A DNA stretch of 44,356 bases from Tubiluchus corallicola (GCA_030141605.1 JAQGDQ010001363.1:1-44356), one strand, 5' to 3'. Positions 1 to 14,222 are shown, counted from the stretch's first letter. The notes: generated by a model not told the origin, from the sequence alone. Program-made: numbers and translations.

Positions 1-335
1 CTGGGAGACAAACAAGATATTACTCAAAATGTCATTATTGCTGGGAGACAAACAAGATATTACTCAAAATGTCATTATTACTGGGAGACAAACAAGAGAT
101 TACTCAAAATGTCATTATTGCTGGGAGACAAACAAGAGATTACTCAAAATGTCATTATTGCTGGGAGACAAACAAGAGATTACTCAAAATGTCGTTATTG
201 CTGGGAGACAAACAAGAGATTACTCAAAATATCATTATTGCTGGGAGACAAACAAGAGATTATCAAAATGTCATTATTACTGGGAGACCAACAAGAGATT
301 ACTCAAAATGTCATTATTACTGGGAGACAAACAAA
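1..335. repeat. 40-bp minisatellite (left-arm copy, truncated by the window)
   Basis: Unit ctgggagacaaacaagagattactcaaaatgtcattattg, about 8 copies. Confidence 0.97.
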
Positions 336-339
336 GACC

Positions 340-960
340 AAAATGCTTAATTTTATCAGTAATTTATCAGTACATTTATGGAACTTTACTACCCAGTGAA
401 ATAAAACAAATAGATTCTCTCCACCGCTTCACAAAGAAATTAAAATAATATCAATATAACAGGTATCAACTTCCACATTGCGCACCTGATATTAATTCAA
501 CAGACTCAACTTTCATCTACCCCCACCCTGACTCCATAAAACGATTAAAAATGAAATTTTTAAAAAAAAAATTATGTAATGTAATACGTGTTATGTTAGT
601 TTTGTAATGTCAAATGTATAAATAGTGTAAATGTAATGAGTGAAATTTATGTAATGTAAAGCATGTTTCTGTTAATTGTGTCATGTCAAATGTATATATA
701 GTGTAAAATATGTCATGTAAAATTTAATGTACTTTTGTAATATTGTTTTGTAAAAATATTTTAATATGGTGTTTGTAAATATGTTCATTTATTGTATATA
801 ATTAGGCCTTAGTTTTGCACTTTAGTTTTTTTTAGTCTGCACTGGACGCATTTGTCTTGAACAGTGTTGTTATCTTAACATTACGCTGAGGCTTACTCAA
901 TTTTATTATAATGAGTGAACCATTTTAATGACAAATAAAGAATTAATAATAATAATAACA
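340..960 (+). mobile_element. Degenerate 3' end of a non-LTR retrotransposon (L2/CR1 group); mirror at about 38665-39295 (-)
   Basis: LWN/LPSEIKQIDSLHRFTKKLK resembles an ORF2 C-terminus. It is followed by an AT-rich UTR, aataaa and a (TAA)n tail. Confidence 0.5.
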
Positions 961-1278
961 AAATTTCTCTGACAATCGGCTGGCAGTTGTTACCTTTATA
1001 AAGGAAATTTTATGGACTACAGAAGCCAAGTATGTTTACTTTTTAGGAGGTCTTAAACTTTAAACTATTCGACCATTTGTTGAGACAGTAATTATAATAC
1101 AAATTGCTGCCATGTTTGTGATCATTTTTTTGCTTTGGCTTAACAAGTTAACAATCTTTTTTTTCTTTACTATGTACAGCTTGAACTAATTCAAATTGTA
1201 ATTCTTATCACTTGCTATTTTTGGTGTATTTATTGTACCGTATAAGAGTACGAATAAACGGTAAAATAAACAATATAA

Positions 1279-1298
1279 ATAATAATAATGTAATGATA

Positions 1299-1359
<61 letters not shown>

Positions 1360-1363
1360 GGGG

Positions 1364-1456
<93 letters not shown>

Positions 1457-1485
1457 AATGATAATGATAATGATAATAATAATAA
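1279..1485. repeat. Compound microsatellite (TG)n-(TTG)n-(ATAATG)n
   Basis: Direct reading. Confidence 0.97.
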
Positions 1486-1882
1486 AAAACAGCAGGTCCT
1501 GCAAATTTCAGCATTGAGAATTTCAGTATACTGAACTTACTGAACTTAAAGTGTTCCTGTATAAATTTTTCAACCAAATGAGGATCATTTTGTGGATTCA
1601 ATTCAACACTTTTTATTGAGCAGTTTACCCCCCTCCCCCCAAGACATGCAGCTAAAGAAACTGATGACTCTTCTTTTAAACTAAAATACGAGATTTCTGT
1701 ACTTATTAGTAACTGAAGTTAGATCAAAATAAAACAATGAGTGCACCACCTGTCGTGTGACAAAACTACTATCAGTAACTATAAACAAAAAACTAGTTTG
1801 AATAAAGCCAAATGTTATTTAGCTGCTATAAAGAGATAGAGCCTACGAAATTAACAAAGTCATGAGAAAAATGTGTGCTTAC

Positions 1883-2819
1883 ACTTGCTTCTCAGCTTGC
1901 CTCCAACTGGAACTCTCACATCCGCTTTTCCATCTTCCATGGTCACTGCTGAATCCACTTGTTTGGGCTTATTTGCCTCCGGATCGGGAACGTCTAATCC
2001 CATGTTATTATTCCTGTTGTAGATGTCGACAAACCTAACCGAAGCCGGACTGTCATCCGATACCAACGATGCTTTGACGTCCGGAATGCCTTCGGAATAA
2101 TTTTTGTTCTGAGGGGTACCGGCGTCGTTAAACGTGTACGTTCGCGAGAGCAGTTCGGTGTCGCTGTCTTCCGATCTCTGTCTGGCCAATCGCATCTCTT
2201 CGGCCTTTGTCCTCAGCGCCGCCGCCGCTTGCGCACTCTGAGTCTTAAATCTCGGTCCATTGACCTCAATGTCTGAAAGTTTGTTATCACCAGGAGGGTT
2301 ATCACCACTGAAGGTCTGCAGAAGTGGTACCAGAAACCACAGTCCTCTCTCACCTCCAGCACTAAGCGCATGGTTTTTATTGATGAACTGCTTCAACGAA
2401 GGCGTCCTCGACAGGCCTTCCTCTTCTTGGTCACCGGTCACTGTCACATTAATACTGTTAAGCAAGCGCCTCCAGCTCGGCGAGCCGGGAGACGGGTCGC
2501 TGCTATCCGGGGAGACCCCGTTCTCCTCGTGCGGTTCCTCCTTGATGATGTCCGGAACGACGGGCGGAGCGCGGTATTTCTTCACGCGGTTTCTGGAACC
2601 GCTGAACGCGTTCCAGTTGTGGTCCGGTAGCACGACGCGTGATAGCGGAGATCCCTTGCGGGTCCTCGGTTGAGAGCGCCCTCGTCGGTGGAGGTGCTTA
2701 TCGTCAGCATTATTGTTTTTATTGTTCACATCACAGTTATTAATGTCTGGTGGAGAAACCACAACGTCAATGGGGCCCTCCTCCTCAACGGTTGGCACAG
2801 TAGGATTGTTTCTTTGAGG
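1883..2819 (-). CDS. Nav2: Left-arm copy of the large I-II linker exon
   Basis: ORF 1860..2798; two amino-acid differences (A/E, K/R) from the right copy. Confidence 0.86.
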
Positions 2820-3983
2820 CTGAAAAGAAAATTTTTCCTAAATAATGTTCACACTACCAGTTTGACTAGCACATATATCTCTAAAAAACCAATATCATTT
2901 TGACAATAGACCCCAGTCAAATAAGCTTTTCATTCTTTCGTAGTGCGCATGCGCAGTTTTTTATTTTTTATTTATTATCATTATTATCACATTCAGTACA
3001 ATATAATGACATAAGCACACAGTGACATCCAAATTATTACATCTACTGTATTAAATTGTTATGTTTCATACACTATCGTTATCATAAAAGAATAATTTTA
3101 CTGCAGTGGGCTAGAGAAGCAAAGGCTATAAGCCCACTGTCATGTGAACCCGATAAAAAAAGAATGGATGAGTGAACAAAAAAAGAACTGGGAGAAAGGT
3201 TAGATCACACAGGAAGGGTAGAAGGATGTGTTAGTGGAAATGGTAGGAAGAAAGATAATAGATTGCGCTATGTTGACATACGTAATAAGTTGACATAAGT
3301 TGCTGTAGGTCAGTGGTTAAGTGTACCACAGCGCGCGTCTTAACTGCAATCGTCACGTGACATGTGGGTAACCCAAAACATTGGTTCAATACTTCTATTG
3401 TTTTACGTGGACTTTACTTAATTACGCATTTTTATGTGTGTAGAGTGATTTACTAGCAGAATCTGGCATGGGAGCAGTGATCTTACAACTGCCCAGAATA
3501 TTTTTAGAAAGTAAAGCAGATGTGTTTGGTTATTTGCAATATGGATTACTAAATGGCGTGTAACGTACATTGAAATACTTTTCAAGGTTGCAAGCAGTGG
3601 TCAGAATTTCACAATGCTGGTGGCAAACGTGACATTTTGGTCATGTTTTTGGTCAGTCAACTACCAGAGGTATAAAGCCCACGACTTAGTGTAGGTTTCA
3701 CTGGTCAATCAGACTGACCAACGCAACACTAAATTTGCGCCTTTTGGTGGACATCTTCAGATAAACTAAGTTCAGCGACGACAAATTTTAGAAATGCTTC
3801 GATACAAGAAATAGTTTTACTTACTGCAAAACACTCGTGTTTTCCTTTTTATCAAACGTTTCGTTTCTTAAATAAGTTGGTTGGAATCGAAAAATATCCA
3901 CAAAAGCATCAAATTATTTTTTTTATAAAAATAGATAAAAGAAACTAAACAAAAATAATACATCATTGTACAAACAGTTACTG

Positions 3984-4046
3984 TATATATATATATATAT
4001 ACATATATACACACATATATATATATATGTGTATGTATGTTGTATA

Positions 4047-4134
<88 letters not shown>
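3984..4134. repeat. (TA)n/(TG)n compound microsatellite; mirror at 35323-35473
   Basis: Direct reading. Confidence 0.95.
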
Positions 4135-4135
<1 letters not shown>

Positions 4136-4789
4136 TGGGCATTGTCCTGAAAAACATTGCCTACAAATCATTTAACTAAACTAAAATTACAAGTCATAAA
4201 GTAGCAAACAATTAACACAATAACAAAGAATGTTATTCTACACACTAAAAATTTTTGTTGTAACTTTATGCTTCATTTTTGCTCGACTTTATAAAAATGT
4301 GATGTTTAAAATTGTATTTCGGTAGCAAAGAAATAGAAATTTTTCTAAAATTTACTGTTTTAAACGTGAAAGAAACTCGTGTTTTGAAGTTTTGACCTAC
4401 ATTTAGAAAACAATTGAGAAAGATGAGTCTCTTTTTAAATTGAACCAGCAAATTCTTGAAAAAAAAAATTTTCATTGTTGAGAAAATACAATTATGAACA
4501 TAATAAAGTCATTATAATGAACATTATATATATATAGCATTTTTATAAAGTCCAGCAAAAATGTAACACAAAAAAATTACAACTACATATTTTCCTGTGT
4601 GTAAAATGCACATATTGTATGCATTGTTAGCCTGTTAAATTTTTATGCCTTTTTGAATATTAATTTTTGTTTTATTAAAGAATATGCGGAAGGTGATGTT
4701 TTCTCTGGGTCAACTTGTATCCAGCCTCGATCGTATAAAAATCCACGTTCTGCTCTCCACAAAAGAAATGGCAATCCTTTCCAACTCAC

Positions 4790-4984
4790 CTTCTTTAACC
4801 TGACTCTTCGTAAGCGCACATTTTGATTGGGTCCAGCACCTTTTCCATACGGCCCGTATGGGTAACGCGTTTTCACTCCGAAACTCGTGCGCTTGAGTTT
4901 ACGAATTTTTATCTTCATTTGAGAAGCGTCGGGAAATGGGAACGTCGTCGCTTTCGTTTTCAAAACTGGCTTCTCGCCTGTTCC
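4790..4984 (-). CDS. Nav2: Left-arm copy of the basic I-II linker exon
   Basis: Reverse complement of 34473-34667, with one synonymous change (Phe TTC/TTT). Confidence 0.72.
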
Positions 4985-5099
4985 CTAGAAAAGAAGCCAG
5001 AACGTTCTTTTAGGAGAGAAAAATGACCTTAAGAAATGTCTAGAACAAGTTAATAAAGGTTGTCTTTCTGTTGCAGCATAATGTCGTCATGGCAGGAAG

Positions 5100-5759
5100 G
5101 TTGTTGATGATGACGATGACGATGATGATGATGATGACGACAATGGTGATGACGATGATTACGATTACAATAATGACGAAGATGATGATGATGATGATGA
5201 TGATGACGACGACGACGACGACGACGATGATGATGATGATGACGACGACGACGACGATGATGATGATGGTGGTGGTGTTAGTGGTGGTTGTGATGGTGGT
5301 AGTGGTAGTGATGGCTGTTGTTGGGGTACGATGGTGCTGGTAGTGGTGGTTTTGGTGATGGTGTTGGTTGGGGCTTTAGTGGTTGTGGGAGTGGTGGTGG
5401 TGGTGTTGGTTCGGTGATGATGATAATAATGAAGATGATCGGTCGCAATGTTGAAAATGATGATGATGATGATGATGATGATGATAATGATGATGATGAT
5501 GATGATGACGTTGGTAGTGGTGCTTGTGGTGGTTGTGATGGTGGTAGTAGTAGTGGTGGCTGTCGTTGGGTTATGAAGGTGCTGGTAGTGGTGGTGTTGG
5601 TGATGGGGTTGTTGTTGGTGTTAGTATGGGTGTTAGTGGTAGTGGTGGTGGTAGTAGTCAGGTAGTGGTGATGGTGTTGGTTGGGGCTTTAGCGGTTGTG
5701 GGAGTGGTGGTTGGTTCGGTGATGATGATGATAATAAAGATGATCGGTCGCAATGATGA

Positions 5760-5797
<38 letters not shown>
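5100..5797. repeat. (GAT/GAC/GGT)n low-complexity tract with an internal segmental duplication; mirror at about 33670-34357
   Basis: The block ending gatgatcggtcgcaatg occurs twice (about 5435 and 5740). Confidence 0.9.
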
Positions 5798-5895
5798 AAA
5801 AAGGCAATACAAAAGCGAACGAATGCATCAAAAGCATTTTTATATAAGTTTACTTTGCAAATTCACTTATTTCTGTGACAATTACAGCTGATGTA

Positions 5896-6142
5896 ACCAT
5901 GACAACATGACATAACCATGACAACATGACTTACCCATGACAACATGACATAACCATGACAACATGACTTACCCATGACAACATGACATAACCATGACAA
6001 CATGACTTACCCATGACAACATGACATAGCTATGACAATGTGACGTAACCATGACAACATGACGCACCAATGACAACATGACATAGCCATGACAATGTGA
6101 CGTAACCATGACAACATGACGCACCAATGACAACATCATGAC
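5896..6142. repeat. 19-bp minisatellite next to the S6 exon donor; mirror at about 33385-33577
   Basis: Units accatgacaacatgacata and cccatgacaacatgactta. Confidence 0.93.
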
Positions 6143-6194
6143 ACCTCCCTGTACCACTACCGTTAACAATTAACAAACAGTTAAACCTGCTCAC

Positions 6195-6338
6195 CTCTAG
6201 CGACCTCTGCACCTCTTCAGCGGCTTCTTCATAAGACATGGCAACAACAGCAAGCATCAAATTGACAAGAAAAAACGAACCAAAAAACACAACAAAAATA
6301 AAAAATATGATACTGGCAGGACCCATGGCTTCAATAAC
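6195..6338 (-). CDS. Nav2: Left-arm copy of the Nav DI S6 exon
   Basis: Overlaps ORF 6030..6326; splice sites intact. Confidence 0.93.
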
Positions 6339-6449
6339 CTGGAAAAGAAAAGAAAAGTTTATGAATGAGTTATTAATTATGTCTGATATTCTTAATTATC
6401 AAAATTCAACGACATTTTAAAGTTTGTTCAGGAACAAAAACTGGATAAA

Positions 6450-7248
6450 GATGAATTTAACTATGTTCCTAACAGTAAAATATTCCAATGTATACATGAC
6501 TTTATATTCTATCTGATATGAAATGCATCAGTCTTAAATATTCGTACATTAATATTTTCTACTAATGTCTAATGTAATCTTGTAGTAAAACTTGTCAGCT
6601 TGTGTAGTTATAGTCTATTCTTACTGTAAATGTTACTAATGTCTAATCTAATCTAGTAGTAAAACTTGTCACCTTGTGTAGTTATAGTCATTCTTACTGT
6701 AAATGTTACTAATGTCTAATGTAATCTCGAAGTAAAACTTGTCAGCTTGTGCAGTTATAGTCTATTCTTACTGTAAATGTTACTAATGTCTAATTTATTC
6801 TTGTAGTAAAACTTGTCAGCTTGTGTAGCTATAGTCTATTCTTACTGCAAATGTTACTAATGTCTAATGTAATCTTGTAGTGAAACTTGTCAGCTGGTGT
6901 AACTATAGTCCATTCTTACTGTAAATGTTACTAATGTCTAATGTAATCTTGTAGTGAAACTTGTCAGCTGGTGTAGCTATAGTCTATACTTACTGTAAAT
7001 GTTACTAATATTTAATGTAATCTTGTAGCAAAACTTGTCAGTTTGTGTAGCTATAGTCAATTCTTACTGTAAATGTTACTAATATCTAATGTATTCTTGT
7101 AGTAAAACTTGTCAGCTTGTGTAGTTATAGTCAATTCTTACTGTAAGTGTTTTTGTAAATAGTGTATAAAGTCTTTTGTGGTGAGGATCCTAAATCATGT
7201 TGTTCAAAGTGTCTGACCCTATCCTGAATAAATTATGTTTAAACTAAA
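6450..7248 (+). repeat. Dispersed repeat containing a 74-bp tandem array (about 8 units); mirror at about 32220-33060
   Basis: Unit actaatgtctaatgtaatcttgtagtaaaacttgtcagcttgtgtagttatagtctattcttactgtaaatgtt. It ends gtggtgaggatcctaaatcatgttgttcaaa...aataaattatgtttaa, possibly a retroelement 3' UTR. Confidence 0.88.
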
Positions 7249-7874
7249 GTTTTCCGGAAAGCATAACAAAAAAGATTAAAGCAAATTTAAGCAATCTTAT
7301 TTTTGACTGTTACTGCTCTGCTGCTGCTTAAGCAACTTTTATCGCTTCTTTCGTAGAAGCTGCTCTAAACAGCGACAGCGAGTGTTTTCTTGTTGTAGTC
7401 GGTCTTGTTTCTCATATTTCCAACTCCCCTGGATGCAGAACAACTGAATATTATTCATTTTTCCTCGGACTGCTTTTGTGTGGAATTATTTGCAAGAAAT
7501 TCGCTTTTCTAATAAGTGCAACTTCACCCACTTTACGAGGAACATCGACGTACATCTCTTAGCACTTCGAAGACACGGTTACAAGGATTCTTGGCTTCGG
7601 ATTTTTTCTTTCATGTCAACCCATACCCTCAGTCATCACAGGCCTTGTCACAGGCCCAGTCAATTTATTTAAGAAAAAGGTAGTACACTTGCTCCTTTGT
7701 GGTATGCACTACGTCACAACTAATCAGCTACGATTGCAATTCATTTGTCTGATCAAATAATCCACTGATAACACTCTGTCTTTCAAGTGTTAAAACGTGA
7801 ACTGTTTCCAACATTCTGTAACGCTTTGATGGAGAAGGTCAAAGGTCACAAAGACTGCCGGTGATTAAGCTTAC

Positions 7875-8019
7875 CTTATTGTAGACATCCTCCCAGAAGT
7901 CTAACGTGATAAGCTGAAAGGATGTTAACATGGCCCATCCGAAATGGTCGAAACTCGTGTAGCCAAAGTTGGGGTTATCACCTATGTCTGGAAGGCATGT
8001 GTAGTCCGAAGGACAAGGC
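7875..8019 (-). CDS. Nav2: Left-arm copy of the Nav DI pore-loop exon
   Basis: Reverse complement of 31487-31631, with one synonymous change (Ile ATA/ATT). Confidence 0.93.
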
Positions 8020-8059
8020 CTGAAAATAAGAAATGATTAGTGTAATATTTTATATTTTC

Positions 8060-8443
8060 ATTATCGTCATCATCGCCATCATCATTGTTATCGTCATCCT
8101 CGCCGTCATCATCATCATCGTCGTCGTCGTCGTCATTGTCGTCATCGTCATCCTCGTCGACATCATCATCATAAGCGGTATCCGCATCGTCGTCCTTGTC
8201 ATCATCATCATCGCCGTCATCATCGTCGTCGTCATCGTCATCGTCATTGTCGTCATCGTCATCCTCGTCGACATCATCATCATAAGCGGCATCCTCGTCG
8301 TCGTCCTTGTCATCATCATCGTTGCCGTCATCACCATCGTCGTCGTCGTCGTCGTCGTCGTCATTGTCATCATCGTCATCCTCGTCGACATCATCATCGG
8401 CATCCTCGTCGTCGTCCTTGTCATCATCATCATCATCGTCATC
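8060..8443. repeat. (GAT/GAC)n tract with higher-order repetition, intronic; mirror at 31051-31447
   Basis: The block gacaaggacgacga.g.ggatgccg recurs three times. It lies upstream of the pore-loop exon acceptor. Confidence 0.92.
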
Positions 8444-8757
8444 AGGACAAAGAAAATAGCTAAATGGTTGCAGAGTGTACATAGTGGCCAAAGTTAAGCA
8501 ATGCTGAAGCTGGCTATTAGCAGATAGGTGAAGGTCGGGAAACCACTTGTAGTGTGTTCATCTGTTATATTCCGGGAAGGATGTATCCAGTATCCACATC
8601 CAAACATGGCTAATGCAAATCCACTGGAGCAATATCTTATCTGGAGGTTATCCTTGGCAACGAATATTTACCAGTCAGAGAAAAAATTCTCAATTACAAA
8701 ACCGTTGAACAAATTATGTAAAACAGGGGATGTGATTTAGCAGAGCCATGAGCTTAC

Positions 8758-9022
8758 CTGCTGCCACTGGAGTTACCACAGATGACGGGATCGCCATCAT
8801 AGAGGTACCAGTTGTCCTCATCTTGCACCCAGTCCGAGTAGTTAAATGAGCTCTCGTTCCAGAGCGAATGGGACGGTGTGGCTACGCACTTTTGCCTCAA
8901 CACCCCAATGTAGACCTGAAGGGCAAAGAGGGCAAAGATGGCCATGCAGAAGACGGTCAGCGCCATCACCTCGCCTAACATGTGCAGTGAGGAGAGTAGA
9001 GCATTCACGATGGTTTTTAAAC
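8758..9022 (-). CDS. Nav2: Left-arm copy of the Nav DI S5 exon
   Basis: ORF 8754..9008 gives the same protein as 30486..30740; splice sites intact. Confidence 0.93.
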
Positions 9023-9099
9023 CTGGAAAATAACAACATTATTAATGGCAGTTTCAGCATCCAAAAATGTTCTTGCGCAAAAAATCGATGTAAATGTAG

Positions 9100-9935
9100 A
9101 CACGCACATAGGCACAAACATAGACATAGACAAAGATTCAGATGCAGGCATTGGCGTAGATATGGCCAAAGACTCAAACACCAATATAAACCTTGAAATA
9201 AACATAGACATAGACATAGACGTAGATATGGACTAAGACTCAAACACCAATAAAACATAGAAATAAACATAGACGTAGACGTAGACGTAGACTTAGACGT
9301 AGACAGAGACTTAGACGTAGACGTAGGCGTAGACATACACACATAGACGTAGACGTTGACGTAGATGTAGACGTAGACATAGGAAGAGACATAGACATAG
9401 ACATGGAGATAGACATAGACATAGACAAATGCATAGGCATAGACATAGACATAGACATAGACATAGACATTGACATTGACATTGACATTGACATTGACAT
9501 TGACATGGACATTGACATGGACATGGACATGGACATGGACATGGACATGGACATGGACATAGACATAGACATAGACATAGACATAGACATAGACATAGAC
9601 ATAGACATAGACATAGACATAGACATAGACATAGACATAGACATAGACATAGACATAGACATAGACATAGACATAGACATAGACATAGACATAGACATAG
9701 ACATAGACATAGACATAGACATAGACATAGACATAGACATAGACATAGACATAGGCATAGACATAGACATAGACATAGACATAGACATAGACATAGACAT
9801 AGACGTAGACATGGAATAGACATAGATATAGACATGGAGATAAACATAGACATATGCATAGGCATAGACATAGACATACACAGACACAGACACAGACACA
9901 GACACAGACACAGACACAGACACAGACACAGACAT
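9100..9935. repeat. Hexamer microsatellite (GACATA)n with GACATG/GACATT/GACGTA/GACACA variants; mirror at about 29559-30400
   Basis: Direct reading. Confidence 0.97.
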
Positions 9936-12182
9936 TTACATAGATATTCTGTTTTCTCCCATATTAACTATTTTGCTTTTACAATAACCTACAACTGAAC
10001 TGAGAGAGAACGGACGACGACAGACCAAAATGATTAATTAGTCAAGAACAACGCAAAAAGTACAAATGTCAGTTTTCTGGTTTTCCGGAGCTTGATATGC
10101 CAACATCTTTTTTTTTTGGTGAGAAGTTTAAGTCTATGTCAGTCAAGTAAATAATCTAGCTCAATGCTGCAAAAATGTAGCGAAAGAAGACATTAAAATT
10201 AAACACTGGTATGCCACCACATGAAATTCTATGGTCAAAAAATCAATAGTGCAAAAACCAATCAGTTAGTACAGGAACATATTATATAATAATAATAATA
10301 AATCTTTATTAAAGAAGTGAACATATATACAAAAAGGTGCCTCTTTTTGTAGGCCCAGATTACCATTTTACATTTTCACATAACAAATCTTTTAAATATT
10401 TCCAGTTTCACACTACGTACAACGAATAACATATTATATTTAAATTAGATTTAATTTCAAATGATTCACAAGTATTATACACACAAATTAACTTTACACA
10501 CCTACATAATTTATTTTTGTATACGCGAGCGGGCCTATATTAACAATTACTTAGTATAAATTTATCTCTGATCAGGTTAGTGAAAGCCATTATTAAATTT
10601 TTATCAGATTGAAGCATAATATTACGTGTATAATTGGCATCAGCTATTTCTATGAAACGCATTCTTTTTGTATTATCTACTTTATTACATCTGAAAAAAA
10701 TGTGCTGAGGAGTTTGCTCTTCTTCTCCACATGGACGTAAACTAGTATCACACATATTAAGTCTAAACAAAAAGCTGTTAAAATTCCCCTGGCCAGTTAA
10801 AAAAGACGCAGCAATGGATTCTATTCTCCTTTCATTATTTCGAAGCGGCAAATTCAAGGGTTTACATTTTATATTCTGTATTTCAACATTTTCTCATCGA
10901 AATTGCATAACATGCCTATATTTATTTGACCAGGTACAAGAAACATAATCCATAATTTGACGTTTGGTATACTTTAACATATTTTTAGCAACTTCTTCAG
11001 CATCTTGCAAAGAATGGCGCCCGAGAAAGACCAAAACTTACTACAACTAACGCCACACGCCATCCTTACAACGATTAGAGCAGTTTTCCAGGGAGAGAGT
11101 ACATCACACTGACAGTTCAAAAATGCTTGTATGGGTTATTTTAGAGCACCAGACCTAATCCTCTCGCACTGCTTCAAGTTTCTACAGGCAACTCCCCTTC
11201 TTATAGGACATGCACTTGTAAAAATGCGCCAAACAGACAGGCAACATAAAATAGATAGCAGATGTAAGAGAATGAAAGCCTTGCAACGATTTGTTAAAAA
11301 ATCTTTTGGGGTCGACTGTACGTTAGCTGAATACAGTACATTCCTTAGCGGTTTCATTTTTTTACCAAAAAACAGGTTCAAGGCTGTAGATTCTGCAGAG
11401 GATGAACATGCATTTAGCGTCCGAGGTAATGGACACAAATGGACACAAAAATGGACACTCAAGTTTATTCACCCCCTTTACAGTTCATTAAAGCACCAGA
11501 GAACACTGCTGATAAATAAAGCTTGAAAATTTGCCTTGAAATTTTGTGTCATTTTCACGCAGTCAAAGCTTCCGTTAGCGGACACGCTATGTAAAACTTG
11601 TGAATTTGAAGTAGCGTGCTGACTGTTAGGCGCAGCCATTTTAACCGCAAGCCATTTGAAACTAGTAACTAGTTTAGATAGATAGTATCGATGTTAAAAT
11701 GTATATTTTATACCGTACTTGAAAATGAGGTAGTATATGAAAAATCATCCTGTCTTCCTTTAATTGTGGATTTATACGGTTCATGGGGCTACGAGACTTT
11801 TATGAGGTAATTTATGAAGTTCTTCCTTGTTATAAAATGCCACCCAAACTTGCAGTAAAATCAATTACTAATTTAATGCCTGAAGGGGCACCCTGTTCTA
11901 AATGATTGACACAATACGTGAGGCTCGTAAGGGTTTTTTTGAATCCATTGAACTTTGAAAGACAAGCACCATGCTCTATGAGCATATGAGCAGCTGTCGT
12001 CATACGCTCACGAATGCTCTAGTGTTCATAAAAAACAATAATTACTGACGTGTGAACACGAATTCTGTTTCTGATTACAGTTTTGATTATGTCAACCGGA
12101 AACAAACCCTAACCCTAACCGGAAACAGAGAAGACAATTTGCTTGAATCAAAACTTCATCACTTGCCAACACTTGCCACATT

Positions 12183-12650
12183 AGATTAAACATAATTTAT
12201 TAGAGGATTGGATCAGACAGTTTGAACAACATGATTTAGGATCCTCACCACAAAAGACTTTATACACTATTTACAAAAACATTTACAGTAAGAATAGACT
12301 ATAACTACACAAGCTGACAAGTTTTACTACAAGATTACATTTGACATTACTAACATTTAAAGTAAGAATTGACTATAGCTACACAAGCTGACAAGTTTTA
12401 CTATAAAATTACATTAGACATTAGTAACATTTACAGTAAGAATAGACTATAACTACACAAGTTGACAAGTTTTACTACAAGATTACATTAGACATTAGCA
12501 GAAAATGACGGTTAGAAAATATCAATGTACGAATATTTAAGACTGATGCATTTCATATCAGATAGAAACTACTGGAAGCGTTTAGTACGTAATATAAAGT
12601 CATGTATGCATTGGAATATTTAACAGTTAGCAACATAGTTAAATTCATCT
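12183..12650 (-). repeat. Second, oppositely oriented copy of the 74-bp-array dispersed repeat (about 3 units); mirror at about 26846-27313
   Basis: Same flanks and unit as 6450-7248, reverse-complemented. Confidence 0.88.
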
Positions 12651-13081
12651 TCTCTGAAGAATAACAACTTCAAGAGATCATTAGTTCCTAAAGCAGCTAT
12701 ATTAAGGTTTTCGGGCAGAAGTATTTCATTTAATTTATCAAACATAACAACCCTAGTTTGTTGATAGATACAGCCCTACTTGCCACATTGCGAACAGCGC
12801 TTTAAGCTGATCTGTTTAGCTATGTATAAAAGCCAGATGGCACTGCGTAACTTAAAACAGGCTATCTAACAGTTGTAATGCTTTTGTGCTGATCATAATG
12901 GAACAGCGAATCTAAGTTTCAAGCAAAAATTCAGTAGCTCTGGCTGAAATTTGTATATGTGTAAAACAGGACAAATGTTACTTTTCATCTCACTTTTAAA
13001 TAGAATATAAAATATAAATAGATTAACCATAATAAAATGAACGAAAGTTTGAAATAAAGAAGTAAATCAAAATCAAATCTA

Positions 13082-13088
13082 TCTATCT

Positions 13089-13122
<34 letters not shown>

Positions 13123-13131
13123 TCTATACTT

Positions 13132-13196
<65 letters not shown>

Positions 13197-13299
13197 TCCC
13201 CCTCTCTCTCTCTCACACACTTATTTCTCTCTATCTGTCTTCTATACTCTCTCTCTCTCTCTCTCTCACTTATTTCTCTGTCTCTCTCTTTCCTCTCTC

Positions 13300-13334
<35 letters not shown>

Positions 13335-13345
13335 GTTCCTCTCTG
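13082..13345. repeat. (CT)n polypyrimidine microsatellite; mirror at about 26146-26418
   Basis: Direct reading. Confidence 0.95.
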
Positions 13346-13694
13346 CCATTTATTATTGCGACAATTTCATTACAATGAATTGTACGCATCTCTGCGTTTT
13401 TAACTTAGTGATGCACCTGACTTTTAACAGTGTCATTTACCTTTAACACTGGATATTTCATTTACACTGACTGTGGTATGTTTTAATAGTGTTTTAATCA
13501 AGTTACCTCATCGTCTGCCTCAATTTTGTAAAAAGTTGGAATTCGAAAATCAATTCAATGAAACCTATGCAAGGTAGAAAAATTCACTGCTGTGCCAACA
13601 TGACTACCGAATATGTCTACGAATAGACACGCAAAATGAAACTAACGTGCATAAAGAGTGGAATGGACAGAAGTTCGTGTTTGACTAATAAATC

Positions 13695-14222
13695 ATGGAG
13701 ACACTGGTTTAAAATCTAAAATTTGTATGATACTAGGGTCGCAGTGAGAGCGCAAGTTATCATGAAAGATGAATTCCATTGAGAAACTCGTTTAAAATCT
13801 AAAATTTGCATGAAACTAGGGTCCGCAGAGAAAGCGCAAGCTATCATGAAAGATGTATTCCATTGAGACACTCGTTTAAAATCTAAAATTTGTTTGAAAC
13901 TAGGGTCACAGTGAGAGCGCAAGCTATCATGAAAGATGTATTCCATCCAGGTAATAAATATTTTGAAATGCTCCCCTCTGGTCATAGATTCCGCTCAATT
14001 AACGCTAAAATCACAAGAAATTTAAATTCTTTCTATCCCGTTGCAATTCGCACCATCAACAGTAAATTTCAGCAAATCTTCAATATTAATTCTCTATGTC
14101 ACTGTACAACTGATTGAATTATTTGTGTTAATCTCCTTGTTGTTTTCATAAGTTATTGCAGTACGTAAAACCACGTAAATTTCGTTGCATGTATTATGCT
14201 ATAATGACAATAAAATGCTTAC
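13695..14222 (+). mobile_element. Rex1/Babar-like LINE 3' fragment with an ~84-bp segment triplicated; mirror at about 25268-25795 (-)
   Basis: AQAIMKDVFHPGNKYFEMLPSGHRFRSINAKITRNLNSFYPVAIRTIN matches the D..HP....F.LLPSG.R.RS....T.R...SF.P.AIR.LN C-terminus. tttaaaatctaaaatttg recurs at 13708, 13791 and 13875. Confidence 0.7.

Noticed and set aside
2260-2903. ORFs antisense to the large linker exon (and mirrors at 36555-37198)
   Set aside because: They are shadow frames of a GC-rich exon with no independent motif.
11131-11526. 131-aa and 108-aa ORFs (mirror at 27970-28365)
   Set aside because: No recognisable domain or convincing splice signals. Identity between arms reflects the duplication, not conservation.
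12105-12121. aaccctaaccctaacc as an interstitial telomere
   Set aside because: Under three units, too short to call; more likely part of a dispersed repeat.
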